From NCBI GenBank assembly GCA_016869645.1, contig VGDO01000001.1:3904-67903 (forward strand): a DNA stretch of 64,000 bases, given 5' to 3'. Source of the DNA: Alphaproteobacteria bacterium. Its GTDB lineage: Bacteria > Pseudomonadota > Alphaproteobacteria > SHVW01. Position numbers and translations under genes: made by a program. Shown here piece after piece: positions 1 to 8,327 of this stretch. Under the pieces are notes generated by a model. That model was not told the origin of the DNA and searched no databases. It saw only the letters and a program-made list of their open reading frames with translations. The stretch's first letter is position 1, and every line of letters begins with the position of its first letter.

Positions 1-886
1 CGCCCTTCCCCTTCGGCTCGGTCAACGCCGCGCTGATCGCCTCGTCGGGCGCCATGAAGGGCGGGGTCGTCTTGCCGCGCATGCCCCAGAACTCGCGGCC
101 GAGCTCGGCCGCCAGCTTGTCGCCATATTCCTTGCGGTTGTCGGTGACGACCAAAATCTTGGAGCCGACCTCAGGCACGTCGGCATAGGGAAAGCAGTGG
201 GCGACCGAGATCGACAGCACGCCGTTCTTGCCTTCCATGCCCTTGATCTTGTCGACGAAGCCGCGCATCGGCTGAAGCGTCGTCGGGAAGCTGCCGATCA
301 TGCGGCAGTCCCACACCGACATGACCGGCTTGATCTCGCCGCGGATGGCCTTGAGCGTCAGCTCGACGACCTCCTCTGCCCGGTCGACGATGTCGGTGTG
401 CGGAAACTCCTTGTAGCAGATCAGCAGGTTCGACAGCGCCACGCGCTTCTCAGTCAGGTGGCAATGCGGATCGTGCTCAACGCCGATGATCGCCTTGGGA
501 CCGACGATCTCGCGCGCCCGCCCGATGATGTCGCCCTCGCAATCGTCATAACCCTCGGCGACCATGGCGCCGTGCAGGCCGAACAGGATGCCGTCGACCG
601 GCATGGCGGCCTTGAGCTGACCCAGGATCTCGTCGCGCATTTCCTCATAGGCGCGCTTGCCGGTCTTGCCCGAGGGCTCGGCCCAGAAGCAGCTGCCCTC
701 GATCAGGGTCCAGCCCTCGGCCCGCGCGCGGCGACGGCCGACGGCGAGCGGCGCCGTGCACAGCTTGGGCGCGTCCGGATGCTTGCCCGGCGGGTAATAC
801 CCGCCGTCCTCGTAATTCGCGCGCGACGTCGGGATTGGTGCAAACGTGTTGGTTTCCGTCGCGATCGACGCGGTGAACAGTCGCAT
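1..886 (-). CDS. MlrC-family (M81 peptidase-like, DUF1485/MlrC_C) protein, 3' end outside window
   Basis: Minus-strand ORF from ATG (rc of 884-886) running off the window start. Translation begins MRLFTASIATETNTFAPIPTSRANYEDGG..., typical of the MlrC/microcystinase-C-like N-terminus. Not in ORF track because there is no stop inside the window. Confidence 0.55.
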   Translation of the reverse strand, partial: MRLFTASIATETNTFAPIPTSRANYEDGGYYPPGKHPDAPKLCTAPLAVGRRRARAEGWTLIEGSCFWAEPSGKTGKRAYEEMRDEILGQLKAAMPVDGILFGLHGAMVAEGYDDCEGDIIGRAREIVGPKAIIGVEHDPHCHLTEKRVALSNLLICYKEFPHTDIVDRAEEVVELTLKAIRGEIKPVMSVWDCRMIGSFPTTLQPMRGFVDKIKGMEGKNGVLSISVAHCFPYADVPEVGSKILVVTDNRKEYGDKLAAELGREFWGMRGKTTPPFMAPDEAISAALTEPKGKG

Positions 887-985
887 GGGCCTGACCTTTC
901 TTCCCTCCCGGCTTTGTGCCTAGATTAGACGGAAGTGCAGGCTGGCGGCAAAGAGAAGGCTGGCCAAATCGGGGGAGGCAGTGTC

Positions 986-1990
986 ATGGCGGGACCGACC
1001 CGCATCTGGACGGACATCGACTACGAACGCGAAGGCAAGCAGGTCGGCTATCTGCATCTGCATCATTCAGTCACGCGGTCGGCCTATGGCGACATCATGA
1101 TTCCGATCGCCGTGATCAGGAACGGCGAAGGACCGACCGCCTTCCTGATGTCGGGCAATCACGGCGACGAGTACGAAGGCCAGATCGTTCTGTGCAAGAT
1201 GATCCGCAGCCTCGAGGCCAAGGACATCAAGGGCCGCGTCATCATTCTGCCCGCGGCGAACATGCCGGCGGCACTCGACGGCGCGCGGGTCTCGCCGATC
1301 GACCAGGGCAATCTCAACCGCGCTTTCCCCGGCGATCCCGACGGCGGGCCGACGCGTCAGATGGCCTATTACATCGATTCCGTGCTGTTCCCGCTCGCCG
1401 ACGTCTTCCATGACCTGCATTCTGGCGGCTCGTCGCTCGACTACGTGCCCTTCGTCAGCATCCACGAAAGCTACGATGCCTCGATCAACGAGCGCGGCAT
1501 GGCCGCGCTCAAGATCTTCGGTGCCGAGCACGCGATCGTGTGGACCGGCACCAAGGATCTGCGCTACTCGACCAATGCGTCCATGCACCGCGGCGTGGTG
1601 ACGCTCGGCAGCGAATTCGGCGGCGGCGGCTCGGTCTCGGTCAGCGCGCTCAAGATGGTCGAGCGCGGCATGAACAACCTGCTGCGTCATATGGGTATCC
1701 TGCCGGGCAAGCCTGAACCCACGTCGACGCGCACACGCCTCATGTCGGTCGGCGGCAAGGAGGATTTCGTCTACGCGCCCGAGCCGGGGCTGTTCGAGCC
1801 CTTTACCGAGCTTGGCGATAACGTCACCGCCGGCCAGCCCTGCGGCCAGGTTCATTTCGTCGACAATCCCGCCCGCGCGCCAGTCCCCTGCCACTTCAAG
1901 AATGCCGGCATGGTCATCTGCAAGCGCCATTTCGGCCGCGTCGAGCGCGGCGACTGCGTCGCGCACCTCGCCCATGATTTCCGCGGATGA
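986..1990 (+). CDS. succinylglutamate desuccinylase/aspartoacylase (AstE/AspA) family deacylase
   Basis: ORF 935-1990; probable start ATG 986 (MAGPTRIW...) preceded by GGGGGAGG. Zn-carboxypeptidase-like region SGNHGDEYEGQ...HDLHSG. Confidence 0.6.
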   Translation: MAGPTRIWTDIDYEREGKQVGYLHLHHSVTRSAYGDIMIPIAVIRNGEGPTAFLMSGNHGDEYEGQIVLCKMIRSLEAKDIKGRVIILPAANMPAALDGARVSPIDQGNLNRAFPGDPDGGPTRQMAYYIDSVLFPLADVFHDLHSGGSSLDYVPFVSIHESYDASINERGMAALKIFGAEHAIVWTGTKDLRYSTNASMHRGVVTLGSEFGGGGSVSVSALKMVERGMNNLLRHMGILPGKPEPTSTRTRLMSVGGKEDFVYAPEPGLFEPFTELGDNVTAGQPCGQVHFVDNPARAPVPCHFKNAGMVICKRHFGRVERGDCVAHLAHDFRG

Positions 1991-3255
1991 GCGCTAGCCT
2001 GCGGCCGGCCAAAGACGGGACAAGCGCGGTCGCGCGCGTCGAGCACTGCCTTCGCCGTATCGACGAGGTCGAGGGGCGCGTCCATGCCTGGGTGCGCGTC
2101 GACCGCGACGGCGCGCTGGCTGCCGCGCGTCAACGCAATGCCAACCCGTCGGGCGGGCTTCTGCACGGCATTCCCGTCGGCATCAAGGACATCATCGCGA
2201 CCAAGGACCTGCCGACCGAGTGCGGCTCGCCGATCCGCCGCGGCCACATGGCCGGACGCAACGCCGACTGCGTCGAGCGCCTGCTCAGCGCCGGCGCCAT
2301 CCTGCTCGGCAAGACCGTAACTACCGAATTCGCCCACCTCCATCCCGGCCCGACCGGCAATCCGCACGACCCGGGCCGGACGCCGGGCGGCTCGTCGAGC
2401 GGATCGGCCGCCGCGGTGGCCGCCGGCATGGTGCCGCTGGCGCTCGGCAGCCAGACCGGCGGCTCGGTCATGCGCCCCGCCTCGTTCTGCGGCATCTTCG
2501 GCTTCAAGTCGACGGTCGGCCGCACCGATGTCACCGGCGTCGAGGAGCTGGCGCGTTCCTTCGACACGGTCGGCTGGTTCGCGCGCTCCGCCGAGGAGCT
2601 GACCCTGCTGGCCCGCGTGCTGCTGATCAGGCCTGACTACGGCGTGCCGTCTCTGCCGCCTCGTGCACGGATCGGCGTCACCATGACACCCTATGCCGCG
2701 AACGCCAGCGCCGAGACGCAGGACGCCGTCGCGCGTGCTGCCGATGCGCTCGGCACCACAGGCCACAAGGTCGAGCCGGTCAACCTGCCTGCCGGCTTCG
2801 ACGGCTGCAACGCGGCGCATCGCGTCGTCGTGTCGACCGAGATCGGCCGGTCGCTCGCGCGGGAATGGCGCGAACAGCGCGCGCTGTTCAGCACTGAGCT
2901 CGCCAGCTTCATCGAAGAGGCGCTGAAGCTGCCATCCGGCGCCTACGATACGGCGCAGGGCCGGATCGCCGCATGGCGGCGCATGTTCGACGAGCTAATG
3001 GGCAGCTACGACTGCCTGCTCTGTCCGAGTGCGGCCGGCGAGGCGCCGCAGGGTCTCGGCAAGACCGGAGATCCCGTGTTCAACTCGATGTGGTCCCTGC
3101 TCGGCGCACCGTGCATCAGCCTGCCCTTCGCCACGGGGCCGAGCGGCATACCCGTCGGCATCCAGCTCGTCGGCGGCCGCGGCCGCGACGAATTCCTGCT
3201 CGCGCTCGCCGAGCGCGTGACACAGCAGCTAAACATTCAGGCCAATCAACCTTAG
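1987..3255 (+). CDS. amidase (amidase-signature family)
   Basis: GGSSSGSAAAVAAG signature and KD...S...catalytic context. ATGA start/stop overlap with the upstream gene. Confidence 0.8.
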   Translation: MSASLRPAKDGTSAVARVEHCLRRIDEVEGRVHAWVRVDRDGALAAARQRNANPSGGLLHGIPVGIKDIIATKDLPTECGSPIRRGHMAGRNADCVERLLSAGAILLGKTVTTEFAHLHPGPTGNPHDPGRTPGGSSSGSAAAVAAGMVPLALGSQTGGSVMRPASFCGIFGFKSTVGRTDVTGVEELARSFDTVGWFARSAEELTLLARVLLIRPDYGVPSLPPRARIGVTMTPYAANASAETQDAVARAADALGTTGHKVEPVNLPAGFDGCNAAHRVVVSTEIGRSLAREWREQRALFSTELASFIEEALKLPSGAYDTAQGRIAAWRRMFDELMGSYDCLLCPSAAGEAPQGLGKTGDPVFNSMWSLLGAPCISLPFATGPSGIPVGIQLVGGRGRDEFLLALAERVTQQLNIQANQP

Positions 3256-3266
3256 GGGGAAGTACC

Positions 3267-4406
3267 GTGTACGATCTCGTTCTTACCGGCGGCCGGGTGA
3301 TCGATCCGGCGCAAAATCTCGATCGCGTGACGGACGTCGCCTTCGCCGACGGCAAGGTCGCCGCCGTCGGCGCCGGCCTCGCGCGCAGGAAGGCGGGCGA
3401 GGTGCGCAACGTCGCGGGTTCGATCGTCACCCCTGGCCTCATCGACCTGCACACGCATATCTACTGGGGCGGCACCTCGGCCGGCGTCGAGCCTGACGCC
3501 TATGCGCGCCAGTCGGCCTGCACCACGCTGATCGACGCAGGAACGGCAGGCCCCGCCAACATGATGGGCTTCCGCAAACACGTGATCGAGCGGTCGGAAT
3601 GCCGCATCCTGCCCTATCTCAACATCTCCTTTCCCGGCATCTTCGCCTTCAGCCCGACTGTGATGGTCGGCGAGTGCGACGATCTGCGTCTGCTGAGCCC
3701 GGCCGACTGCGTGCGCGTCGGCCGCGAGCATGCCGACCTCGTCGTCGGCGTCAAGGTGCGCGTCGGCCGCGGGGCCAGCGGTGCAAGCGGGCTCGCTCCG
3801 CTCGACATGGCGCTCGAAGCGGCCCAGCAGCTCGGCCTGCCCGTCATGACCCATCTCGATCATCCGCCGCCGCACCGGCCGGACGTGATGGCGCGGCTGC
3901 GCAAGGGTGACGTGCTGACCCACTGCTTCCGCCCCTTCCCCAACAATCCGGCAACCGGCGACGGCGGCGTCTACAAGGACGTCATGGCGGCGCGCCAGCG
4001 CGGCGTCATCTTCGACATCGGCCACGGCAAGGGCTCGTTCGGATACGAGACCGCCAAGACCATGATCAAGAACGGCTTCCTGCCCGACGTGATCTCGAGC
4101 GACGTGCACGTGCTGTCGATCAAGGGGCCGGCCTACGACCTGCTGCACACCATGTCCAAGTTCATCGCCATGGGCATGCCACTCAAGGAGATCATCCGCG
4201 CCAATACGATCAACGCCGCCAAGGCCGTGCGCCGCTCCGACCGCGGCACGCTGAAGCCCGGCACGCTCGGCGACGCCAGCATCATCAACACCAAGAAGGG
4301 CAGCTTCACCTTCGAGGATGTCGTCGGCGAGAAGTTCAAGGGCAAGGAGCATCTGACCTGCCGCGGCATCGTGCTCGGCGGCAAGTGGTGGCACGGGAAG
4401 AGGTAG
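3267..4406 (+). CDS. amidohydrolase-superfamily metallohydrolase (dihydroorotase/D-aminoacylase-like)
   Basis: In-frame GTG at 3267 (VYDLVLTGGRVIDP...) 7 nt after AGGGGGAAG; LIDLHTHIYWGG metal-binding motif. The ORF-track start at 2973 is a GC-rich upstream extension. Confidence 0.6.
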   Translation: MYDLVLTGGRVIDPAQNLDRVTDVAFADGKVAAVGAGLARRKAGEVRNVAGSIVTPGLIDLHTHIYWGGTSAGVEPDAYARQSACTTLIDAGTAGPANMMGFRKHVIERSECRILPYLNISFPGIFAFSPTVMVGECDDLRLLSPADCVRVGREHADLVVGVKVRVGRGASGASGLAPLDMALEAAQQLGLPVMTHLDHPPPHRPDVMARLRKGDVLTHCFRPFPNNPATGDGGVYKDVMAARQRGVIFDIGHGKGSFGYETAKTMIKNGFLPDVISSDVHVLSIKGPAYDLLHTMSKFIAMGMPLKEIIRANTINAAKAVRRSDRGTLKPGTLGDASIINTKKGSFTFEDVVGEKFKGKEHLTCRGIVLGGKWWHGKR

Positions 4407-4422
4407 CCAACTTGTTCGAGAT

Positions 4423-4450
4423 GTAGGGGCGCAGCGTGCTGCGCCCGTAC
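4423..4450. repeat. REP-like imperfect palindrome GTAGGGGCGCAGC-GT-GCTGCGCCCGTAC next to RAYT stop
   Basis: 13-bp arms with one mismatch, read directly. Located 5 nt from the RAYT stop codon. Confidence 0.5.
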
Positions 4451-4455
4451 TGGCG

Positions 4456-5034
4456 CTAGATTTCCCAGGGTTCTGAGCTGCCTTTAGATTGCTTGCACGG
4501 CGCTTGTGGATTTTCGCGGTCCTCAGGCCATTTCGCTGGATTGGCAGCTATGTAATCGCGGATGCGAACGAGCGCAGCATCGTTGCGGATGACGTGTTCG
4601 TAGTAGTTGCGCTGCCATACAGGAGCGCCGGGAGTGCGGCGAAGTTCATTGATCCGTTTGGTCGCAGCCGATTTGAATGAACGAACGATCGTAGCAAGCG
4701 TACCAGATATTGGCTTGGCGAATCCTTGACGCACACTGCTTCGTAGGGGCACGCCATGCCGTGCTCCTACATCACCAATCACCAGAATCCCGTGAACATG
4801 ATTCGGCATGACAACGACGGCATCGACATCTGCGTGTGGAAAATGTTGTGGAATGTCGTCCCAGCACGCTTGGACAATCCGACCAGAGTCCGTCAAGACA
4901 ATGTCGCCCCCGGCTGCCGCTCCGAGCAGGAACTCTCTGCCATGCGTGCAGATCGTGACGAAATATGCGCCGGCCTGCTTGTAGTCATACCCGTCGAGCC
5001 GGAGTGAACGGCGGCGCGGAAGGGGGCGCGGCAT
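4456..5034 (-). CDS. REP-associated tyrosine transposase (RAYT, IS200/IS605 TnpA-like, Y1 transposase)
   Basis: 192 aa; DGYDYKQAGAYFVTICTHGREFLLG ... VMPNHVHGILVI ... WQRNYYEHVIRND (HuH motif and catalytic Y region). The gene has visibly lower G+C than its neighbours. Confidence 0.8.
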   Translation of the reverse strand: MPRPLPRRRSLRLDGYDYKQAGAYFVTICTHGREFLLGAAAGGDIVLTDSGRIVQACWDDIPQHFPHADVDAVVVMPNHVHGILVIGDVGARHGVPLRSSVRQGFAKPISGTLATIVRSFKSAATKRINELRRTPGAPVWQRNYYEHVIRNDAALVRIRDYIAANPAKWPEDRENPQAPCKQSKGSSEPWEI

Positions 5035-5071
5035 GCCGCGCCCCTACAGGTGTCCACGGCGACCCGACACC

Positions 5072-6367
5072 TCAAAAATACGTCCGCACGGCGTCGACCA
5101 CGTTGTAGTCGTCGTCGACCAGGCAGATGACCTGCCAGCGGTCGAAGGCGAGGCAGGGATGCGAGATGCCGAATCCCACCATGTCGCCGACCTTGAGCGG
5201 GGTGTCCTTCGGCACGGTCATGTAGCCGTGCTGGTCGTTGAGCGCGGTCACCATGTGATCGGGCGACAAAGGCTTCGGTGCCTGGCGGTTGGTGCCCGAT
5301 CCGGGCCGGAACCACTTGAGCGCGACCGGCGCGTCGGGGTCGAAGGGAATGTCGCGTTTGCCCATGGTGACGATCGCCTGGTTGGGCTCGGGACGCGATT
5401 GCACATAGGCCCAGACCTCGATCGCCGCGCGGGGCGCTTCGCCGAGCTGGTCGACCTCGGGCGAACGCGCGCGCAACGCCGCAAATCGCTTCTGGTACAT
5501 GTTGGAATCGTGCGTCAGGTAGCAGCCGCTGCGCGTCAGCACGCGCAGCTTGCTGGCAAGTCCGCTCTTCTTGAACGTGTGAGCGACGAGGTCGTAGAAA
5601 GCCGAGCCGCCGGCAGACAGGATCACTTCGCCGGGTGCGAACAGGCTTTCCGCTTCGACGGCGCGCGCAATCGAGACGAGGTAATCGAGGAAGGCCTGCA
5701 CCTTGGCACTCGAATCGGGCCCGAGCAGGCCTTCGAAGCCCTCGACGCCGCGCAGCGCCAGGTACGGCGCGGCCGCCTTGACGGCGCGTGCGACGGTGAG
5801 CGCGCCCGCGACATCGCGGCAGCCCGTGCGGCCGCCGGCCATCCCGCCCTCGAGCAGGAGCTGGAGCGGCCGGCCGGTTCCGACCTTGCGCGCCGCCTCC
5901 GCCAGCAACGACACGTTGTCGACCGAATCGATCAGGCAATAGAAATCGAGTTCGGGTGCGCGCTTGAGCTCCTCGAACACGTAGCGCATGGCCTGCTTGC
6001 CCAGGAGCTGATTGGCCATGACGATCCGGTTGAAGCCGAAGTCGCGCGCCACCTGCATCTGGTGCGTGGTCGCGACCGTGATTGCCCAGGCGCCGGCATC
6101 GATCTGCTTCTGGAAAAGCTGGGGCGCCATGGTCGTCTTGCCGTGCGGCGAAACGACGGCGCCCGACATGCCGAGGAAGCCGCGCATCCACTCGGCATTG
6201 TGGTTGAGCGCGTTCCTGTTGAGCACCATCAGCGGCAGCGGCAAGTCCTCGGCCAGCACGTTCCAGCCTTTCGACTTGATGTCGCCCAATGGAAAGGGCG
6301 CGATGCCGCCGGGCATGCCCTTGGTCTTGTGGTCGACAATCGTGGCGTTGATCTGGTCGAGCTTCAT
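5072..6367 (-). CDS. alanine-racemase-domain PLP enzyme, DSD1 / D-threonine aldolase / D-serine deaminase-like family
   Basis: 431 aa; N-terminal Ala-racemase-fold region with the PHGKT lysine context, C-terminal DSD1-type domain. AAGGAAAG upstream of the start. Confidence 0.6.
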   Translation of the reverse strand: MKLDQINATIVDHKTKGMPGGIAPFPLGDIKSKGWNVLAEDLPLPLMVLNRNALNHNAEWMRGFLGMSGAVVSPHGKTTMAPQLFQKQIDAGAWAITVATTHQMQVARDFGFNRIVMANQLLGKQAMRYVFEELKRAPELDFYCLIDSVDNVSLLAEAARKVGTGRPLQLLLEGGMAGGRTGCRDVAGALTVARAVKAAAPYLALRGVEGFEGLLGPDSSAKVQAFLDYLVSIARAVEAESLFAPGEVILSAGGSAFYDLVAHTFKKSGLASKLRVLTRSGCYLTHDSNMYQKRFAALRARSPEVDQLGEAPRAAIEVWAYVQSRPEPNQAIVTMGKRDIPFDPDAPVALKWFRPGSGTNRQAPKPLSPDHMVTALNDQHGYMTVPKDTPLKVGDMVGFGISHPCLAFDRWQVICLVDDDYNVVDAVRTYF

Positions 6368-6487
6368 GGCGACGTCTTTCCTTTGAGTTGCCGGGGCAGA
6401 TTAGAGCGGTTTTTGCGCGTGGGGAATCAGATGCTATGGTCGCCCGCCGACGCGCCTCGGTGTCAGGCACTTCAGGGAGTAAGCGCG

Positions 6488-7315
6488 ATGGGCGAGCATC
6501 GCTTCACGACCAGCGACGGCATCGCGATCGCCTATGACCTCGACGATTTCACCGATCCGTGGAAATCGGCCAACACGCTGGTGATGCTGCACTCGGCCAT
6601 GGGCAGCGCGCGCCGTTTCTATGCCATGGTGCCGCCGCTCGCGCGCCAGTACCGCGTCGTTCGCATGGATTTGCGCGGCCACGGGCGCTCGACCGTCCCT
6701 CCGGCCGACAAGCCCCTGACCATGGACAGGCTGGTTGCCGATGTGCGCGAGCTGATGGCCGAGCTCGGCTGCGCCAGCGCCCATTTCGTCGGAAATTCGG
6801 CGGGCGGCTATATTTCCCAGCAGCTTGCCATGCATCACGGCGGGCTGACACAGAGCATCGCGATCTTCGGCTCGACACCCGGCCTCAAGCACAGCCAGGC
6901 GCACACCTGGCTGCCGCGCGTCGCCAAGGAGGGACTGCGCAATTTCCTCGCCGATACCATCGCCGACCGCTTCGACCTCGCCGCGACCGATCCGGGACTG
7001 GTGGCCTGGTTCCTCGACCAGTGCGCCGGTAACGATACCGCCTATATCGGCCGCTTCATCGGGCTGATGACCACGCTCGACTGGTCCGACGAGGTTCACC
7101 GCATCGAGTGCCCGATGCTGTGCGTCTACCCCGGCGGCGAGACCGTCGGCTCGGCGCACTCCTATGACGTGTTCCGCGCCAAGGTTCCGGACGTCGAAAT
7201 GGTCAGCTACGATCGCCTGCCGCACAACATCTGCGATGCCGTTCCTGACCGCTGTGCCGGTGACGTGCTACGTTTTCTCAAGAAGCGTTTCGGCGATGGC
7301 GCCGGCCCGAACTAG
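6488..7315 (+). CDS. alpha/beta-fold hydrolase
   Basis: In-frame ATG 6488 after GGGAG; HFVGNSAGG nucleophile elbow (G-x-S-x-G). The upstream part of ORF 5033-7315 is antisense to the DSD1 gene and is rejected. Confidence 0.7.
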   Translation: MGEHRFTTSDGIAIAYDLDDFTDPWKSANTLVMLHSAMGSARRFYAMVPPLARQYRVVRMDLRGHGRSTVPPADKPLTMDRLVADVRELMAELGCASAHFVGNSAGGYISQQLAMHHGGLTQSIAIFGSTPGLKHSQAHTWLPRVAKEGLRNFLADTIADRFDLAATDPGLVAWFLDQCAGNDTAYIGRFIGLMTTLDWSDEVHRIECPMLCVYPGGETVGSAHSYDVFRAKVPDVEMVSYDRLPHNICDAVPDRCAGDVLRFLKKRFGDGAGPN

Positions 7316-7328
7316 GAGGAGGAACACC

Positions 7329-8303
7329 ATGCCCGCGCGCATTCTGTGCTGCCTTTTTGCCATCGCAGCCCTGCTCGCCGGCCCGGCGACGCATGTCTCG
7401 GCCCAGAGTTTCCCCGCCAAGTCGGTCCGCCTCGTCGTGCCCTATGCGCCGGGCGGCGGCACCGACAATCTGGTGCGCATCCTGGCTCCGGTCATCACGG
7501 CCAACAGCGGCCAGCAGATCATTATCGACAACCGTCCCGGGGCCGGCGGGACGATCGGCACCGACATCGTCGCGCGCTCGGCCCCCGATGGCTACACCAT
7601 CCTTGCCGCCGACAGCGCCTTCGTCGTCAATCCCGGCCTGCTCAGGAACATGCCCTACGACACGCTCAAGACGTTCCGCGGCGTCACCATGCTGGCGCAG
7701 GCGCCGGTCATCCTGGTCGCGCATCCTTCCGTGCCGGTCAAGACACTGGGCGAGTTCGTGTCGCTGGCCAAGTCGAAGCCGGGCATGCTGACCTACGCAT
7801 CGGGCGGCAATGGCTCGGCGCCGCACCTGGCGGGTGAATTGCTCAAGCTTGCCGCTGGCATCGACGTGCTGCACGTGCCCTACAAGGGCACGGCGCCGGC
7901 GATGAACGATCTGCTGGCAGGCCAGGTGTCCGTGCAGTTCTCCGGCATCAGTTCCAGCAAGCAGCACATCGATGCCGGCAAGCTGAACGCGCTGGCCGTG
8001 ACGGGCGCCCGGCGCAATCCGGCGGTGGCGAGCGTCCCGACCTTCATCGAGTCAGGCATCGCCGGCATCGACGCCGACAGCTATTGGGGCATCTATGCGC
8101 CGACCGGCACGCCGGACAGCGTTATTGCGGCGCTCAATGACCATTTTGTGCGCGCGATGCGCGCGCCACAGCTGGCCGACCGTCTGACCCAGCTCGGCTT
8201 CGAGCCGATCGCCAACTCGCCGGCCGAGCATGACCGCCAGATGCGCGCGATGATCGCGTCGTGGACCGACCTGATCAAGCGCGCCAACATCACCGCGGAT
8301 TGA
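7329..8303 (+). CDS. TctC/Bug-family tripartite tricarboxylate transporter substrate-binding protein
   Basis: ATG 7329 after AGGAGGAGG; signal peptide MPARILCCLFAIAALLAGPATHVSAQ; Bug-family body (PGGGTD, YASGG). Confidence 0.8.
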   Translation: MPARILCCLFAIAALLAGPATHVSAQSFPAKSVRLVVPYAPGGGTDNLVRILAPVITANSGQQIIIDNRPGAGGTIGTDIVARSAPDGYTILAADSAFVVNPGLLRNMPYDTLKTFRGVTMLAQAPVILVAHPSVPVKTLGEFVSLAKSKPGMLTYASGGNGSAPHLAGELLKLAAGIDVLHVPYKGTAPAMNDLLAGQVSVQFSGISSSKQHIDAGKLNALAVTGARRNPAVASVPTFIESGIAGIDADSYWGIYAPTGTPDSVIAALNDHFVRAMRAPQLADRLTQLGFEPIANSPAEHDRQMRAMIASWTDLIKRANITAD

Positions 8304-8327
8304 AACGACAACAAACGGAATCTCGCC

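Larger units (their letters stand above)
4423..5047. mobile_element. REP/RAYT unit: RAYT gene bracketed by inverted REP hairpins
   Basis: REP at 4423-4450, and perfect palindrome GGGGCGCGGCATGCCGCGCCCC(TAC) at 5023-5047 that contains the RAYT start codon. Both share a GTAGGGGCGC.GC core in inverted orientation. Confidence 0.6.

Noticed and set aside
197-928. 243-aa plus-strand ORF
   Set aside because: Antisense to the clear MlrC-family gene on the minus strand; Arg/Ala/Asp-rich low-complexity translation typical of GC-rich antisense frames.
1067-2820. 302-aa and 322-aa minus-strand ORFs (1067-1975, 1852-2820)
   Set aside because: Overlap the well-supported deacylase and amidase genes on the opposite strand; no domain signal.
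4893-6470. 525-aa minus ORF and the N-terminal 485 aa of ORF 5033-7315
   Set aside because: Alternative frames of, or antisense to, the DSD1-family gene 5072-6367; only the 3' portion (6488-7315) of the plus ORF has a real alpha/beta-hydrolase signature.
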